From assembly GCA_964421245.1 (NCBI GenBank), contig CAYQVW010000001.1:242712-306711 (forward strand): a DNA stretch of 64,000 nucleotides, in the 5' to 3' direction. Source of the DNA: an uncultured bacterium. Its GTDB lineage: Bacteria > Margulisbacteria > WOR-1 > XYC2-FULL-46-14. How positions within the stretch are numbered: the stretch's first letter is position 1; the number at the start of each line of letters is the position of its first letter. Shown in pieces: positions 45,892-56,678 of the stretch. Below the pieces are notes generated by a model. It was not told the DNA's origin. It did not search any database and saw only the letters and a list, made by a program, of their open reading frames with translations. Both the position numbers and the translations under genes were made by a program.

Positions 45892-47267
45892 AACTATCAA
45901 AAAAGGGTAATCTTATCCCAGTCTATAAAATTATAGAGATGGGGAAGGAGACACCAGTTAGCGCGTTTCGGAAAATAGAGTCAGATTATTCATTCCTCTT
46001 GGAATCAATTGAAGGTGGGGAAAATATTGCTCGTTATTCTTTTGTGGGATCAAATCCAAAATTCGTATTTAGGTCTGGCTTAGAAAATCCTTTTGATGAG
46101 TTAAAAAAATTTCTGGAACAATACCAAGCTGTAAAGATCCCAAATCTTCCTCGTTTTCATGGTGGGATGGTTGGGTATATTGGCTACGATAGTATTCGCT
46201 ATATTGAACCTAGAGTTCCGTGCAATAATTCTGATGATTTGAAAGTTCCTGACATGGTTTTTATGATGGCTGATTCTCTATTGGCCTTTGATCATGTAGA
46301 AAAGAAGATAATCATAATTTCAAATGCACATATAACATCCGATCCAGAAAAAGCTTATGCTGGTGCGGTTGAACAGATAAAAAAGATAGAAAAAACCTTA
46401 AAAAAGAAAATCCGACTTTCAAAGTTAAAAGATGTTAAAAAAGATATTGAATTTTCTTCTAATTTTTCAAAAAAAGAATATATGCAGATTGTAGAAAAAG
46501 CAAAAGAATATATAACCTCTGGGGATATTATTCAAGTTGTTCCGTCTCAAAGATTTGAGGTACCATTTACCCAAAATGGATTAGACACCTATCGGGTTTT
46601 AAGAGAAATAAATCCATCACCGTACATGTATTACTTAAAAATGGAGAATATGAGTTTAGTTGGTTCCTCCCCTGAGGTTATGGTCCGTTTAGAAGAAAGG
46701 GAGTGTACAATTCGTCCAATTGCAGGGACCAGATGGAGAGGAAAAACAAAAGAAGAAGACAAGGCTTTGGAAAAAGAACTTTTGGCATCTGAAAAAGAGA
46801 TTGCAGAACATGTTATGTTGGTTGATTTAGCTCGCAACGATTTAGGTAGAGTTTGTGAGTATGGATCGGTTGAAGTTAATGAAAAAATGACAGTGGAAAA
46901 ATACTCTCATGTTATGCATATTGTTTCAAATGTCCGAGGTAAAATTAGTTCAGATAAAGACTGTTTTGATTTAATAAAGGCCTCATTTCCCGCGGGAACC
47001 GTTTCCGGTGCTCCAAAGATTCGGGCGATGGAGATAATTGATGAACTTGAGAATACAAAACGTGGTCCGTATGCTGGATCGGTTTGCTACTTCGGATTTA
47101 ACGGAGAACTGGATTCCGCAATCACTATTCGCACCATTCTATTAAAAGACAAAAAAGCTTATGTTCAAGCGGGTGGGGGAATCGTTGCTGATTCTGATCC
47201 TGAGGCTGAATATCAAGAGACCTGTAATAAGGCTAAAGCCTTACTTTCTGCTATTCAAATAGCCTGA
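45861..47267 (+). CDS. Chorismate-binding enzyme, anthranilate synthase component I / aminodeoxychorismate synthase family (TrpE/PabB)
   Basis: GGMVGYIGYDSIRYIE, IIQVVPSQRF, and GTVSGAPKIRAMEIIDELE...RGPYAGSVCYFGFNG...AITIRT. Confidence 0.88.
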   Translation: MFTPTKEEFVKLSKKGNLIPVYKIIEMGKETPVSAFRKIESDYSFLLESIEGGENIARYSFVGSNPKFVFRSGLENPFDELKKFLEQYQAVKIPNLPRFHGGMVGYIGYDSIRYIEPRVPCNNSDDLKVPDMVFMMADSLLAFDHVEKKIIIISNAHITSDPEKAYAGAVEQIKKIEKTLKKKIRLSKLKDVKKDIEFSSNFSKKEYMQIVEKAKEYITSGDIIQVVPSQRFEVPFTQNGLDTYRVLREINPSPYMYYLKMENMSLVGSSPEVMVRLEERECTIRPIAGTRWRGKTKEEDKALEKELLASEKEIAEHVMLVDLARNDLGRVCEYGSVEVNEKMTVEKYSHVMHIVSNVRGKISSDKDCFDLIKASFPAGTVSGAPKIRAMEIIDELENTKRGPYAGSVCYFGFNGELDSAITIRTILLKDKKAYVQAGGGIVADSDPEAEYQETCNKAKALLSAIQIA

Positions 47268-47301
47268 AATTTTTTGAAATACCTACCGAAAGAAACATGT
47301 A

Positions 47302-48666
47302 ATGGTCGTTAAACCAATATATACAACTACCAACGGAACCGTTGAGTCTATTAAAAGGATAAGTAAAGATCAATTTGCTGAGACAATCTTTAAAACCTTA
47401 GGAAGACGTGGTTATATTCCAAGAAGCGCAAAATTTAAGAAATACAAAAATGTAATTAAAGAAGCAATAAGGGATAAGGATAAAGACAAACGTCCAGAGG
47501 CAGTAGTAGCAGAAGTAGCGAAAAAACTTGTAGCCAAAAAACTGCAAACAAAAAAATTACAGCTTACTCCTAAAACACTGAAAAAAATAGATTGGGTTCT
47601 CTGTAGTATTAATGGAGTGGAGCGCTACTTCCCAGCAGAGGTTGACCCTAAAGCGGTAAACCCACGATTTGTTGGTTATATTAAGATTACTAGTGGTTTA
47701 AAGCCGATCAAGTCAACTAAATTTAAAAAGCCTATTAAGGAAGGGGTGGCAAAGTTTAAAAAACACTTTAAGTCTGGTTGGTGGAGAGACGAAAGACAAA
47801 TTTCTCTTTATATGGGTTCGGCCAACGCATTTTTAAATTATTACTTTGTTCATGGTGGACATGTTGGCTTTACTAGAAACTTAACAGATGGACTTATCCC
47901 CCAATTAGCTAAAGATAAATATAATCGTTCCATTACAAACTGTAAGGGGTTTCGTGATCTTCATACAAAATTATTCCGTTCATTAGGACTTACCAAGCTT
48001 TATTTTGGAATGGCACTGATGGGAAACTCTTCTGCTAATCTATTGCCACGGCCGCACACCTTTGTAATGGCCAGAATTCCAGGCACTAGATCTGTTTTGG
48101 TTGGGGATAACCGTTTTGTTCGCCGCTATAATGCTCTCAATACATTCTATTCCCAAAAGAGTCAAGATAATTATCTCTATATTACATATGGTAAGAGCGT
48201 TAGAACAACTAATCGCGTATATTCGAAAGGTTTATATCGAGGATACCTTGAATTTGCTCGTAGAAAACTGAAACAACATTCAAATGCAATCGCCGACAAA
48301 ATAGCAGGTAGGGATTCTCTCTCTGCTGATTGCAAAAAAGATTTAAAGTTTGCTTTGAGGGCTGTAGATAAAGCTATAAAGAATATCACAAGGCAAAGTT
48401 TTGAAGTTAAGTTTGGCCGATTGTCAAAAGCGAAAAAGGTTAGAGTAAAGGTTTTCTTAAAACATTATAGGAGAATGATTGCTATGGCACTGCGTGGCAG
48501 TGTTACAAAAGCAAAAGAAGATAAGGATGCGCTTGCTTTTTTTAGAAATCAAATTAAAGAAGAAGCGGCTAGGAAAGGGATTAATCCAAGTAATGATAAT
48601 GTCTTTTTCCTTGTTTTTAGAAGTCTTGTGGGTGGATCAGTTTCTGAAAATGTTCCCAACTTTTGA
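47302..48666 (+). CDS. Hypothetical highly basic protein (454 aa)
   Basis: Continuous ORF. Lys/Arg-rich throughout, with a histone-H1-like N-terminal stretch (KKLVAKKLQTKKLQLTPKTLKK). No family recognised. Confidence 0.55.
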   Translation: MVVKPIYTTTNGTVESIKRISKDQFAETIFKTLGRRGYIPRSAKFKKYKNVIKEAIRDKDKDKRPEAVVAEVAKKLVAKKLQTKKLQLTPKTLKKIDWVLCSINGVERYFPAEVDPKAVNPRFVGYIKITSGLKPIKSTKFKKPIKEGVAKFKKHFKSGWWRDERQISLYMGSANAFLNYYFVHGGHVGFTRNLTDGLIPQLAKDKYNRSITNCKGFRDLHTKLFRSLGLTKLYFGMALMGNSSANLLPRPHTFVMARIPGTRSVLVGDNRFVRRYNALNTFYSQKSQDNYLYITYGKSVRTTNRVYSKGLYRGYLEFARRKLKQHSNAIADKIAGRDSLSADCKKDLKFALRAVDKAIKNITRQSFEVKFGRLSKAKKVRVKVFLKHYRRMIAMALRGSVTKAKEDKDALAFFRNQIKEEAARKGINPSNDNVFFLVFRSLVGGSVSENVPNF

Positions 48667-48712
48667 TAATATTTCTATTGCCTGAATTTTCCCAATATAC
48701 TACAATTAACAC

Positions 48713-49942
48713 ATGATCAATCCTCGCATGATTAAGATATCTGATTCTCTTGTGTGGCTAATCCCAATTGTTTTAGTTTTAGTCGGATTATTATTGATTG
48801 CCTCAACAACTTTTAATGCAGAACAAAAAGCAGAGCGCGATCCTTTTTCCTATGTGAAACGACAGGCGGTCTCATTTTCAATCGGTTTAGTTCTAATGGT
48901 TTACTTTGCATTTGTAGATTATAAGAAGCTAAGAAGCCTAGCTCCATTACTTTACATATTGATGCTTTTTATTCTTGTTCTTGTTCTTTTTCTAGGAAGA
49001 AGTTCCTTGGGGGCACAGCGTTGGATTATGCTTGGACCCTTTTCGTTTCAACCCTCAGAAATTGCAAAATTATTGCTAATTATTTCTTTAGCAGCATATT
49101 TTAGTTCCAGGAAAGAAAAGATTGGAATGTTTAGGGCCTTAGCAATTGCGGGCATTCCCTTTTTACTGATTTTTAAACAACCAGATTTAGGAACTGGATT
49201 AGTATTAATTTCAATTTCGCTTGGAATGTTAATCTGGGGAAAGGCTTCTCCAGTATTGCTTACAATGATTTTTTCTCCTCTGGCTTCTATTTATTTTCGT
49301 CAAAACCTATATCTTTGGATTACCTATATTATTATTCTATGGGCCGTTCTATATTTTTCACGTGTCAAGATTGCTGACATGCTTTTAATTCTTGGAATAA
49401 ATATTGGTGTTGGTATCGCTCTTCCTATTCTATGGGGATTATTAAAGCCTTATCAGCAGATGAGGGTCTTGTCATTTTTAAATCCAGCAATGGATCCACA
49501 TGGGATTGGGTATCATACATTGCAATCAAAGATTGCGGTTGGGGCTGGCGGGTTTTTGGGAAAAGGTTTCATGAGTGGGACTCAAACCCAACTACAATTT
49601 GTACCAATTCAAAGCTCTGATTTTATCTTTTCGGCAATTGCCGAGGAGTTTGGTTTTATCGGATCTTTCTCTATTCTTTCTTTGTTTTTGATTTTATTAT
49701 GGAGAATCTTTAAAATTGCGGAAGGAGCTTATGATTATTTTGGATCAATGTTAGTTGCCGGAATTGGAGTAATGCTAATGTTTCATTTTTTTGTTTCAAT
49801 CGGGATGAATATTGGTGTTCTTCCAGTAGTTGGGATACCGCTACCGTTTGTCTCTTTTGGAGGAACTTCACTTATTGTAAATTTGGTTTCAATTGGTATA
49901 ATACAAAGTGTCGCAATGCGACGCCAGAAACTTATTTTTTAA
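48713..49942 (+). CDS. rodA: SEDS-family peptidoglycan glycosyltransferase (RodA/FtsW-type; likely rodA, being outside the dcw block)
   Basis: PSEIAKLLLIISLAAYF, KQPDLGTGLVLISI, and C-terminal GIPLPFVSFGGTSL. Confidence 0.85.
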   Translation: MINPRMIKISDSLVWLIPIVLVLVGLLLIASTTFNAEQKAERDPFSYVKRQAVSFSIGLVLMVYFAFVDYKKLRSLAPLLYILMLFILVLVLFLGRSSLGAQRWIMLGPFSFQPSEIAKLLLIISLAAYFSSRKEKIGMFRALAIAGIPFLLIFKQPDLGTGLVLISISLGMLIWGKASPVLLTMIFSPLASIYFRQNLYLWITYIIILWAVLYFSRVKIADMLLILGINIGVGIALPILWGLLKPYQQMRVLSFLNPAMDPHGIGYHTLQSKIAVGAGGFLGKGFMSGTQTQLQFVPIQSSDFIFSAIAEEFGFIGSFSILSLFLILLWRIFKIAEGAYDYFGSMLVAGIGVMLMFHFFVSIGMNIGVLPVVGIPLPFVSFGGTSLIVNLVSIGIIQSVAMRRQKLIF

Positions 49943-49943
49943 A

Positions 49944-50165
49944 ATGAAAAATGTAACAAAGATAAAGGGAATTATCGATAGAGTAGAGGATGGCTTTGCA
50001 GTCATTCTTTTGGGCCATGATGAAGAGGTTATGGTTGAACTGCCCGATTGCTATCTACCCCCAGAAATACAAGAAGGGGATATTGTAACCTTTAAACTTG
50101 AAAAGCACAGTAGAAAAACAAAAGAAGCTAAGAAAAAAGTTGCGAAGATGATAAAGGCGCTGTAG
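49944..50165 (+). CDS. Small DUF3006-like protein
   Basis: MKNVTKIKGIIDRVEDGFAVILLGHDEEVMVELPDCYLPPEIQEGDIVTF resembles the DUF3006 pattern. Start reassigned to ATG 49944, immediately after the rodA stop; the track ORF begins at 49908 inside rodA. Confidence 0.55.
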   Translation: MKNVTKIKGIIDRVEDGFAVILLGHDEEVMVELPDCYLPPEIQEGDIVTFKLEKHSRKTKEAKKKVAKMIKAL

Positions 50166-50191
50166 GGTCAAGTCGCGACTTGACCCTACAG
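50160..50191. terminator. 32-bp perfect palindrome (CTGTAGGGTCAAGTCG|CGACTTGACCCTACAG) between convergent genes, probably a bidirectional terminator hairpin
   Basis: Perfect 16+16 inverted repeat, GC-rich in an AT-rich context. It contains the TAG stop of the plus-strand gene (50163-50165) and the TAG of the minus-strand gene (complement of 50186-50188). No U-tract on either side. Confidence 0.6.
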
Positions 50192-51415
50192 CTTAAATTC
50201 TGCTTCTACTTGTCCGGAAGCCTCAAAAGTTTTGTCTTTTACAGAAATAATTACTTTTTGACATTTAACCCAACGCTCTTTTTCTTTTAAATAAACATTA
50301 TTAGTTAATGTTATAGTTTCATTCTTGTCAGAATAATCCGCCCTTTCTGCTTTTGCCTTTTTGTCCACCTCGGCGAGCCTGCCTCGCGGCAAGGCGGGCC
50401 CTCGGCGAGACGGGCCTTTCTGCCTTACTATTATATTCCCAAAAGCCTTATAATCACCGTTTATGGTTGAAAGAATCAAGGTGTCCGAGCTTTGCAGCGT
50501 TTTATTTTTTAGTAGTTCTTTTATTTTTTTGTCTTTTAGCTTTTGTGCTGTCTTTTCCTTAATTAAGGCACTTCCTCTTTCAATGATTGTTTCAACGGAT
50601 CCAGACAGAGTGATCTCTTTTTTTATCTTATTATATATTGCCTGATCGGCTGTGCAAACTTTTTTTCCTTGAATTACCTCAACCTCCGATGAGATACTTA
50701 CATCTTTATTTTCATCGATATACATTTGAAGATAACCAGATTTTATTCTTGTTTTTTCTTTTCCTGAAATAGTAGATCTAATATTTTTTTGTGCCAGGAT
50801 TTTTTCGGTTTTAGCTCGATACTCTAATGCCCGGCAGGTTAGGCTAACATCTTCTCTCTTGATTCTTATATTGTCTGTTAGCCAGGCAATTTCTTTGTCA
50901 TGATTTATTCTCATGTTATCGCTAAATAATGTTGTTTTTTTATCAATTAATCTTATGTTCCCAGAGAGGGAAGATTCTTTTAGATCTGGATTGTGGCTAA
51001 AAAAATCAGCATTGATGCTTGAGTATTTTCTTTTTCCTTTATTTCTTTTACTGGTAATTGATATTTGTGCTTTGGCTTTTTTGGCTTCAACCCTTTTTGA
51101 TCCACGAAAAGCAGAAACTTGTTCGGCAGTGAAATTTTTTATCAGGAGTTCTCCATCTTTATAAAATGTTCCTTCAACAACGTCTTTGAGATTGGTTATA
51201 TCTTTATTTTTTCCAACCCAGCCGGTTTTGGCGGAAAATTCCCAAACTTTTTTTCCATCGGTCCTTCCAACAATCGATGAAGCATCAAACTCAAGAATTC
51301 TATCAATTCTTTTGGTTGTCTCAACCTTGGGAAGTGTAAAGACAAAAATCAAGATAAGCATCACAAATGAGGCTAGGGCAGCAAAAAGAATGGGTTTCCA
51401 AGGAGCTTGTTCCAT
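50186..51415 (-). CDS. Membrane-anchored periplasmic protein with OstA-like beta-jellyroll repeats, a putative LptC/LptA-type lipopolysaccharide transport protein
   Basis: N-terminal transmembrane anchor PILFAALASFVMLILIFVF. Repeated LptA-like segments (TLFSDNMRINHDKEIAWLTDNIRIKRED; KVCTADQAIYNKIKKEITLSGSVETI). It contains a GC-rich hairpin element at 50368-50409. An extended -10 TGcTATAAT lies just upstream on the minus strand (complement of 51424-51432). Confidence 0.45.
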   Translation of the reverse strand: MEQAPWKPILFAALASFVMLILIFVFTLPKVETTKRIDRILEFDASSIVGRTDGKKVWEFSAKTGWVGKNKDITNLKDVVEGTFYKDGELLIKNFTAEQVSAFRGSKRVEAKKAKAQISITSKRNKGKRKYSSINADFFSHNPDLKESSLSGNIRLIDKKTTLFSDNMRINHDKEIAWLTDNIRIKREDVSLTCRALEYRAKTEKILAQKNIRSTISGKEKTRIKSGYLQMYIDENKDVSISSEVEVIQGKKVCTADQAIYNKIKKEITLSGSVETIIERGSALIKEKTAQKLKDKKIKELLKNKTLQSSDTLILSTINGDYKAFGNIIVRQKGPSRRGPALPRGRLAEVDKKAKAERADYSDKNETITLTNNVYLKEKERWVKCQKVIISVKDKTFEASGQVEAEFKL

Positions 51416-51448
51416 GGAAGATATTATAGCAGAAAAGTTACAATATTT

Positions 51449-52315
51449 TTAATTCGTCGTAATTTTTTGCTCGTCTGCTAAAACAACTTGTGCGGTAGAA
51501 ACCCCACTTGCCAAAGTCACTTCTCCATCTGTACTAACATCATGGATGGATCTGATCTTTTCTGCTGCTGCCCAAACAGAAAAAGCTCTCTCTATAGGAA
51601 TTCCTAATTTTATTCTTTTCTGGAGCATGGCTTGAAGATCTTCTACTGATGGAATTACCAGATGACGAGTAACAACACGAAGCCTATCAATATCCCACAT
51701 TAAAATACGGTTTTGTTCTTCAAGTCCGGCATGAAAAAGAAGGTGTGATATTTCTCCCTCTTTAACATGAAGAGGATTAATTTTTGTTAGTTGTGAGGGT
51801 GAGTAAAATCTGGAAGTACCTCCGAGACGACTATTATAATACATGTAAGTAGTTTGTTTGGGGGTAAGCGGAAAGAGATCGACCATTCGGCCAAATTCTT
51901 TAGCTTCTACAGAGATCCTGGGTAAGCCACAGTTCCAAGGTATGTGAGTAATTGATTTGGCAATTGTAACAGCTGCTTCTTCCGGCAAACCAAGCTCAGA
52001 CAGTTTAGGTCTGACTATAAAGTTAACTATTTGACGCTGATTCATACCGGCTAAAGAGTTTGCTGCAAGCCTTACTCGCTGATGGGTGTCTGCTCCATAA
52101 ATTATTCCCATTAGTATTAGCCCAATCTCTGCATCGTTATCAAAATCAGTCAAAGAAAGCTTGCTTGGGTCAATTGCCATATTTCTTACTGCGGTATCGA
52201 AAGAATCATTTGTATGAGATCCAAAAAATTCTCGTAGTTGTTTTCCTTTCCTTGCTAGATGAACGGTTTCGACAATAGTTCTAGGATGTGCATGTATTAA
52301 AAATCGTATTCCCAT
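51449..52315 (-). CDS. Hypothetical protein (288 aa), divergent from gap-pgk
   Basis: Track ORF, no family recognised. Confidence 0.4.
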   Translation of the reverse strand: MGIRFLIHAHPRTIVETVHLARKGKQLREFFGSHTNDSFDTAVRNMAIDPSKLSLTDFDNDAEIGLILMGIIYGADTHQRVRLAANSLAGMNQRQIVNFIVRPKLSELGLPEEAAVTIAKSITHIPWNCGLPRISVEAKEFGRMVDLFPLTPKQTTYMYYNSRLGGTSRFYSPSQLTKINPLHVKEGEISHLLFHAGLEEQNRILMWDIDRLRVVTRHLVIPSVEDLQAMLQKRIKLGIPIERAFSVWAAAEKIRSIHDVSTDGEVTLASGVSTAQVVLADEQKITTN

Positions 52316-52402
52316 AAGGTTTTTTCGATAGTAAATCTTAAAAATTTCAGCTAATTTTTGCAGGTTGATAGGAATCCCTATATATTATATAATAAATTTG
52401 TT

Positions 52403-52428
52403 GGGACAGAACAATGTTCTGCCCGTAC
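52403..52428 (+). promoter_or_regulatory. Palindromic operator-like site GGGACAGAACAATGTTCTGCCCGTAC in the gap leader, a near copy of the 18548-18571 site
   Basis: 15-bp perfect palindrome CAGAACAATGTTCTG, followed by CCCGTAC. It is preceded by TATATTATATAAT (-10-like) and followed about 15 nt later by RBS AAGGAGG. Confidence 0.55.
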
Positions 52429-52443
52429 ATTTAAGAAAAATAA

Positions 52444-53468
<1,025 letters not shown>

Positions 53469-53469
<1 letters not shown>

Positions 53470-54665
53470 TGGCAAAGAAAACTGTCAAAGATATAAAAGA
53501 CTTGAAAGGTAAAAAGGTTTTTGTTCGATGTGATTTTAACGTTCCATTGGATGAAAAACAGAATATTACTTCAGATAAACGTATCCTGGCAGCATTGCCA
53601 ACAATAAAGTTTCTTCAAGATAAGGAGGCAAGGATAATTCTTGCCTCCCATCTTGGTCGTCCCAAGGGAGAAGTTAAAAAAGAACTAAGTTTAGCTCCAG
53701 TTCAAAAGAAACTATCCGAACTTTTGGGAAAAAACGTAAAACTAGCGAAGGACTGTATCGGTGATGAAGTTAAAAAATTAGTTTCTTCACTTAAAGATGG
53801 GGACATTTTACTACTTGAAAACCTTCGATTTCATAAAGCAGAGACTAAAAATGATCCCAAATTTGCCAAAGAGTTGGCATCCTTGGCTGAAATCTATGTT
53901 TCAGATGCTTTTGGAACAGTACATCGTGCCCATGCTTCAACTGTTGGTATTGCGGATCATCTGCCAGCCTATGCCGGTTTTTTAATAGAGAAAGAACTTA
54001 AGTTTTTAGGCGAAGCCCTTGATGAACCCAAACGACCTTTTATCGCCATTATTGGTGGGGCAAAGGTATCTGGAAAGCTCCAGGTACTTAAAAATCTAAT
54101 GAGTAAAGTTGATGCAATTATTGTTGGCGGTGGAATGGCCTACACCTTTTTTAGGGCTCGTGGGATTCATGTTGGAAAATCAATTGTTGAAAAAGATCTA
54201 ATTCCCGAAGCAAAAGAGATATTAAAGTCGGCAATTGATGAAGAGACACCGCTTATGTTGCCGCTTGACCACGTTGTTGCTGATAAATTTTCTGAAGATG
54301 CCAATGTCCAAGTTGTTCCTCGAACAACCATTCCAGAAGGGTGGCAGGGCGTTGATATTGGCCCCGATACTATTAGAAAGTTTGCTAATGCTATTTGTGA
54401 TGCTAAAACAATAGTATGGAATGGTCCAATGGGGGTCTTTGAAATGGACCGTTTTGCTAATGGAACGATCGAAATAGCTAAGATGGTAGCAGATGTAACA
54501 GAAAAGGGAGCAATATCCATTATTGGTGGAGGAGATTCTGCCTCTGCCGTCAAAAAAGCTGGACTTTCTGACAAAATGTCACATATTTCTACAGGAGGAG
54601 GTGCTTCTTTAGAATACATGGAGGGAAAGGTTCTTCCTGGAATTGCTTGTCTAGTTGACAAATAG
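53469..54665 (+). CDS. pgk: Phosphoglycerate kinase
   Basis: VFVRCDFNVPLD, ASHLGRPKG, and IIGGGDSASAV...STGGGASLEY. Confidence 0.97.
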
Positions 54666-54691
54666 TTCGTCTATGTTAAACTATCCATAAT

Positions 54692-54907
54692 ATGACAACA
54701 TTTTTAATTGGTGTACAATTTATTTCCGCAATTTGTTTGGTGATTACGATCCTTCTACATACCGCAAAAGGGGAGGGGCTTGGTGGAATTGGTGGTGCGG
54801 CAAAGCTTTTTGGAACTCCTAAGGGGCTTGAACAGGGCCTTGATAAAATAACTACTACCTTTGCTGTCTCTTTTATTGTCGTTTCAATACTTTTGGCAAT
54901 ATTTTAA
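54692..54907 (+). CDS. secG: Preprotein translocase subunit SecG
   Basis: 71 aa with two transmembrane helices and the Gly-rich loop LLHTAKGEGLGGIGGAAKLFG. Confidence 0.82.
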   Translation: MTTFLIGVQFISAICLVITILLHTAKGEGLGGIGGAAKLFGTPKGLEQGLDKITTTFAVSFIVVSILLAIF

Positions 54908-54918
54908 GGAGTTTTATA

Positions 54919-55575
54919 ATGTTTGATGGTCTATTAGTTTCTTTCCTTCAAGTTTGGGACAAGGTTCTGCCATATCTTCTTAATTTATTGGTTGCCGCCA
55001 TTATTCTTGTTTTTGGGGTAATAATCGCAAAAATTATTCAGTTTTTGGTCACCGGATTTTTTAAAGCTTTAAGCCTAGACCAATTATTAAAAAAATTGAA
55101 ATTAACAAATTTGATGGAAAAGGCTGAAATAAGACGATCTTCATCGGAGCTGCTGGGGGACTTTTCTTATTGGCTGGCAGTACTTTTATTGATTATAACT
55201 GTGGCTAATTATCTTGGACTACCAATTGACCCGCTACTTGATCGTATCTTGAATTATGTTGGGGTTGTTTTCCTTGCGGCTTTGGTTCTTGGGTTAGGGG
55301 TTTTTCTTTCGATTTTTATTAGTGGAGTTGTTTATCTAATAGCTTCTAATGTGGGAATCCCAGGTGCTAAGACCATTGCTAAGATAATGCAATACGCAAC
55401 TATTGTCTTTGCCTTTTTAGTTGCCCTAGAACAACTCGGTATTGGACCTGTCCTTATTGTTCCATCAATTGGTGTTATAATCGGCGCAGTTGGTTTGGCT
55501 CTTGCTATAGCATTTGGCCTTGGCTGCAAAGATCTTATGGCAGATTTTATTTCTAACTTGATTAGAGAAAAATAA
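54919..55575 (+). CDS. Integral membrane protein with repeated TM-helix motifs (MscS-like N-terminal region / conserved-TM-helix-repeat family)
   Basis: Five to six hydrophobic helices, with no soluble domain. Confidence 0.45.
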   Translation: MFDGLLVSFLQVWDKVLPYLLNLLVAAIILVFGVIIAKIIQFLVTGFFKALSLDQLLKKLKLTNLMEKAEIRRSSSELLGDFSYWLAVLLLIITVANYLGLPIDPLLDRILNYVGVVFLAALVLGLGVFLSIFISGVVYLIASNVGIPGAKTIAKIMQYATIVFAFLVALEQLGIGPVLIVPSIGVIIGAVGLALAIAFGLGCKDLMADFISNLIREK

Positions 55576-55623
55576 CCCTCCGAAACCATGGAAGGCGAAG
55601 GAGGGAAAAAAGGAGGTGAAATT

Positions 55624-56163
55624 ATGAAGAAAATTATATTTTTATTGATTGCGTTATTGGTCTTTGGGATAGCCACTTCTGCTTCTGCCCTAACAGTATC
55701 TCCAAAATTATCATATGTAGGTTGGATGGGAATTGGTGCTGAATTCGCCCCTTTGTACAAGATAAATAAAGATGTACATATCATGGGTGAAGTTGACTAC
55801 AGTTTTTGGGCCTGGAGTGGTGGAACAGGATATCTATATGGATCACTTAACGCTGTTTATGAAGCTAAACCATTTAAGACGGGAGAAGGCAAATCAGCTA
55901 GAATACTAAATCCTTATGCTGGTGGAGGTTTGATTTACGGCTTTCCATTAGGGTCTCCTGTGGCTGGTGCTTTTTCCGGAGGAATTGGATTTGGTTTTTT
56001 TGGTGGAGTAACAGGCAAGATGGATCCATATACCTGGTATGCTCAGCTTAAATATGCAACTGCTCCAATTACCTATAATTGGACTGTTCTTGGTCTTACA
56101 GGCTCTTCATCAAGCAATGCATTAGGCGTTGGAATGGAATTTGGTATCAGAATGCCACTTTAG
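55624..56163 (+). CDS. Small secreted Gly/aromatic-rich beta-type protein (putative outer-membrane protein)
   Basis: Start reassigned to MKKIIFLLIALLVFGIATSASA (a signal peptide) with GGAGG 7 nt upstream. The track start at 55588 has no RBS. Confidence 0.5.
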   Translation: MKKIIFLLIALLVFGIATSASALTVSPKLSYVGWMGIGAEFAPLYKINKDVHIMGEVDYSFWAWSGGTGYLYGSLNAVYEAKPFKTGEGKSARILNPYAGGGLIYGFPLGSPVAGAFSGGIGFGFFGGVTGKMDPYTWYAQLKYATAPITYNWTVLGLTGSSSSNALGVGMEFGIRMPL

Positions 56164-56174
56164 GAGGTGGATAG

Positions 56175-56609
56175 ATGAAGTATGTTTTAGCCGCATTATT
56201 AGCGGTAGTATTAATTGCATCTGCCTCATCGGCTGATATAAATGCAAAGCTTGGCTTGGCTGGTGGAAGTGCAAGAATTGTGCTTGAAGGAACCCGGCAG
56301 GTCAAAACTGATCTTGTTGGATCGGGGGCGTTGGGTTACGGCTATAATAGTGAGTATAGTTTGCTGTCACTTGAATTAGGGATAGCTAAACAACTTGCTG
56401 ATAATCTCGACATTGGTCTTGCCGCAACCTATTCTAGTTATTCAACAGCAGTATCAAATATCTTAGGGGCCGGAACCATTACCGATAAATCTGGAATCGG
56501 CGGTATGTTGTTTGTAAAGAAAATGGTCCGCGATGATTTATCTTTAACGCTCGGATACGATACAAGAATGGGATTGGTTGTTGAACTAGGTAAACTGTTT
56601 AGAAAATAG
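56175..56609 (+). CDS. Small secreted beta-type protein (putative outer-membrane protein)
   Basis: Signal peptide MKYVLAALLAVVLIASASSA, RBS AGGAGG upstream, and alternating amphipathic beta-strand-like composition. Confidence 0.5.
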   Translation: MKYVLAALLAVVLIASASSADINAKLGLAGGSARIVLEGTRQVKTDLVGSGALGYGYNSEYSLLSLELGIAKQLADNLDIGLAATYSSYSTAVSNILGAGTITDKSGIGGMLFVKKMVRDDLSLTLGYDTRMGLVVELGKLFRK

Positions 56610-56629
56610 CTTAATTAATTAAACTAAAG

Positions 56630-56663
56630 CCCTCGTGTATTCTATATATACGAGGGTTTTTTT
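56630..56663 (+). terminator. Rho-independent terminator
   Basis: GCCCTCGTGTAT-tcta-TATACGAGGG stem followed by seven T residues. Confidence 0.8.
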
Positions 56664-56678
56664 GTGCTAAAATATTTT

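Noticed and set aside
47302-48666. TnpB/OrfB-like transposase-associated nuclease for the basic 454-aa protein
   Set aside because: It has no C-terminal CxxC...CxxC zinc ribbon (only three scattered Cys) and no adjacent IS ends or inverted repeats.
56664-56678. GTG start for mraY at 56664, as in the track
   Set aside because: This GTG abuts the terminator's U-tract with no room for a ribosome-binding site. ATG 56679 gives a normal MraY N-terminus.
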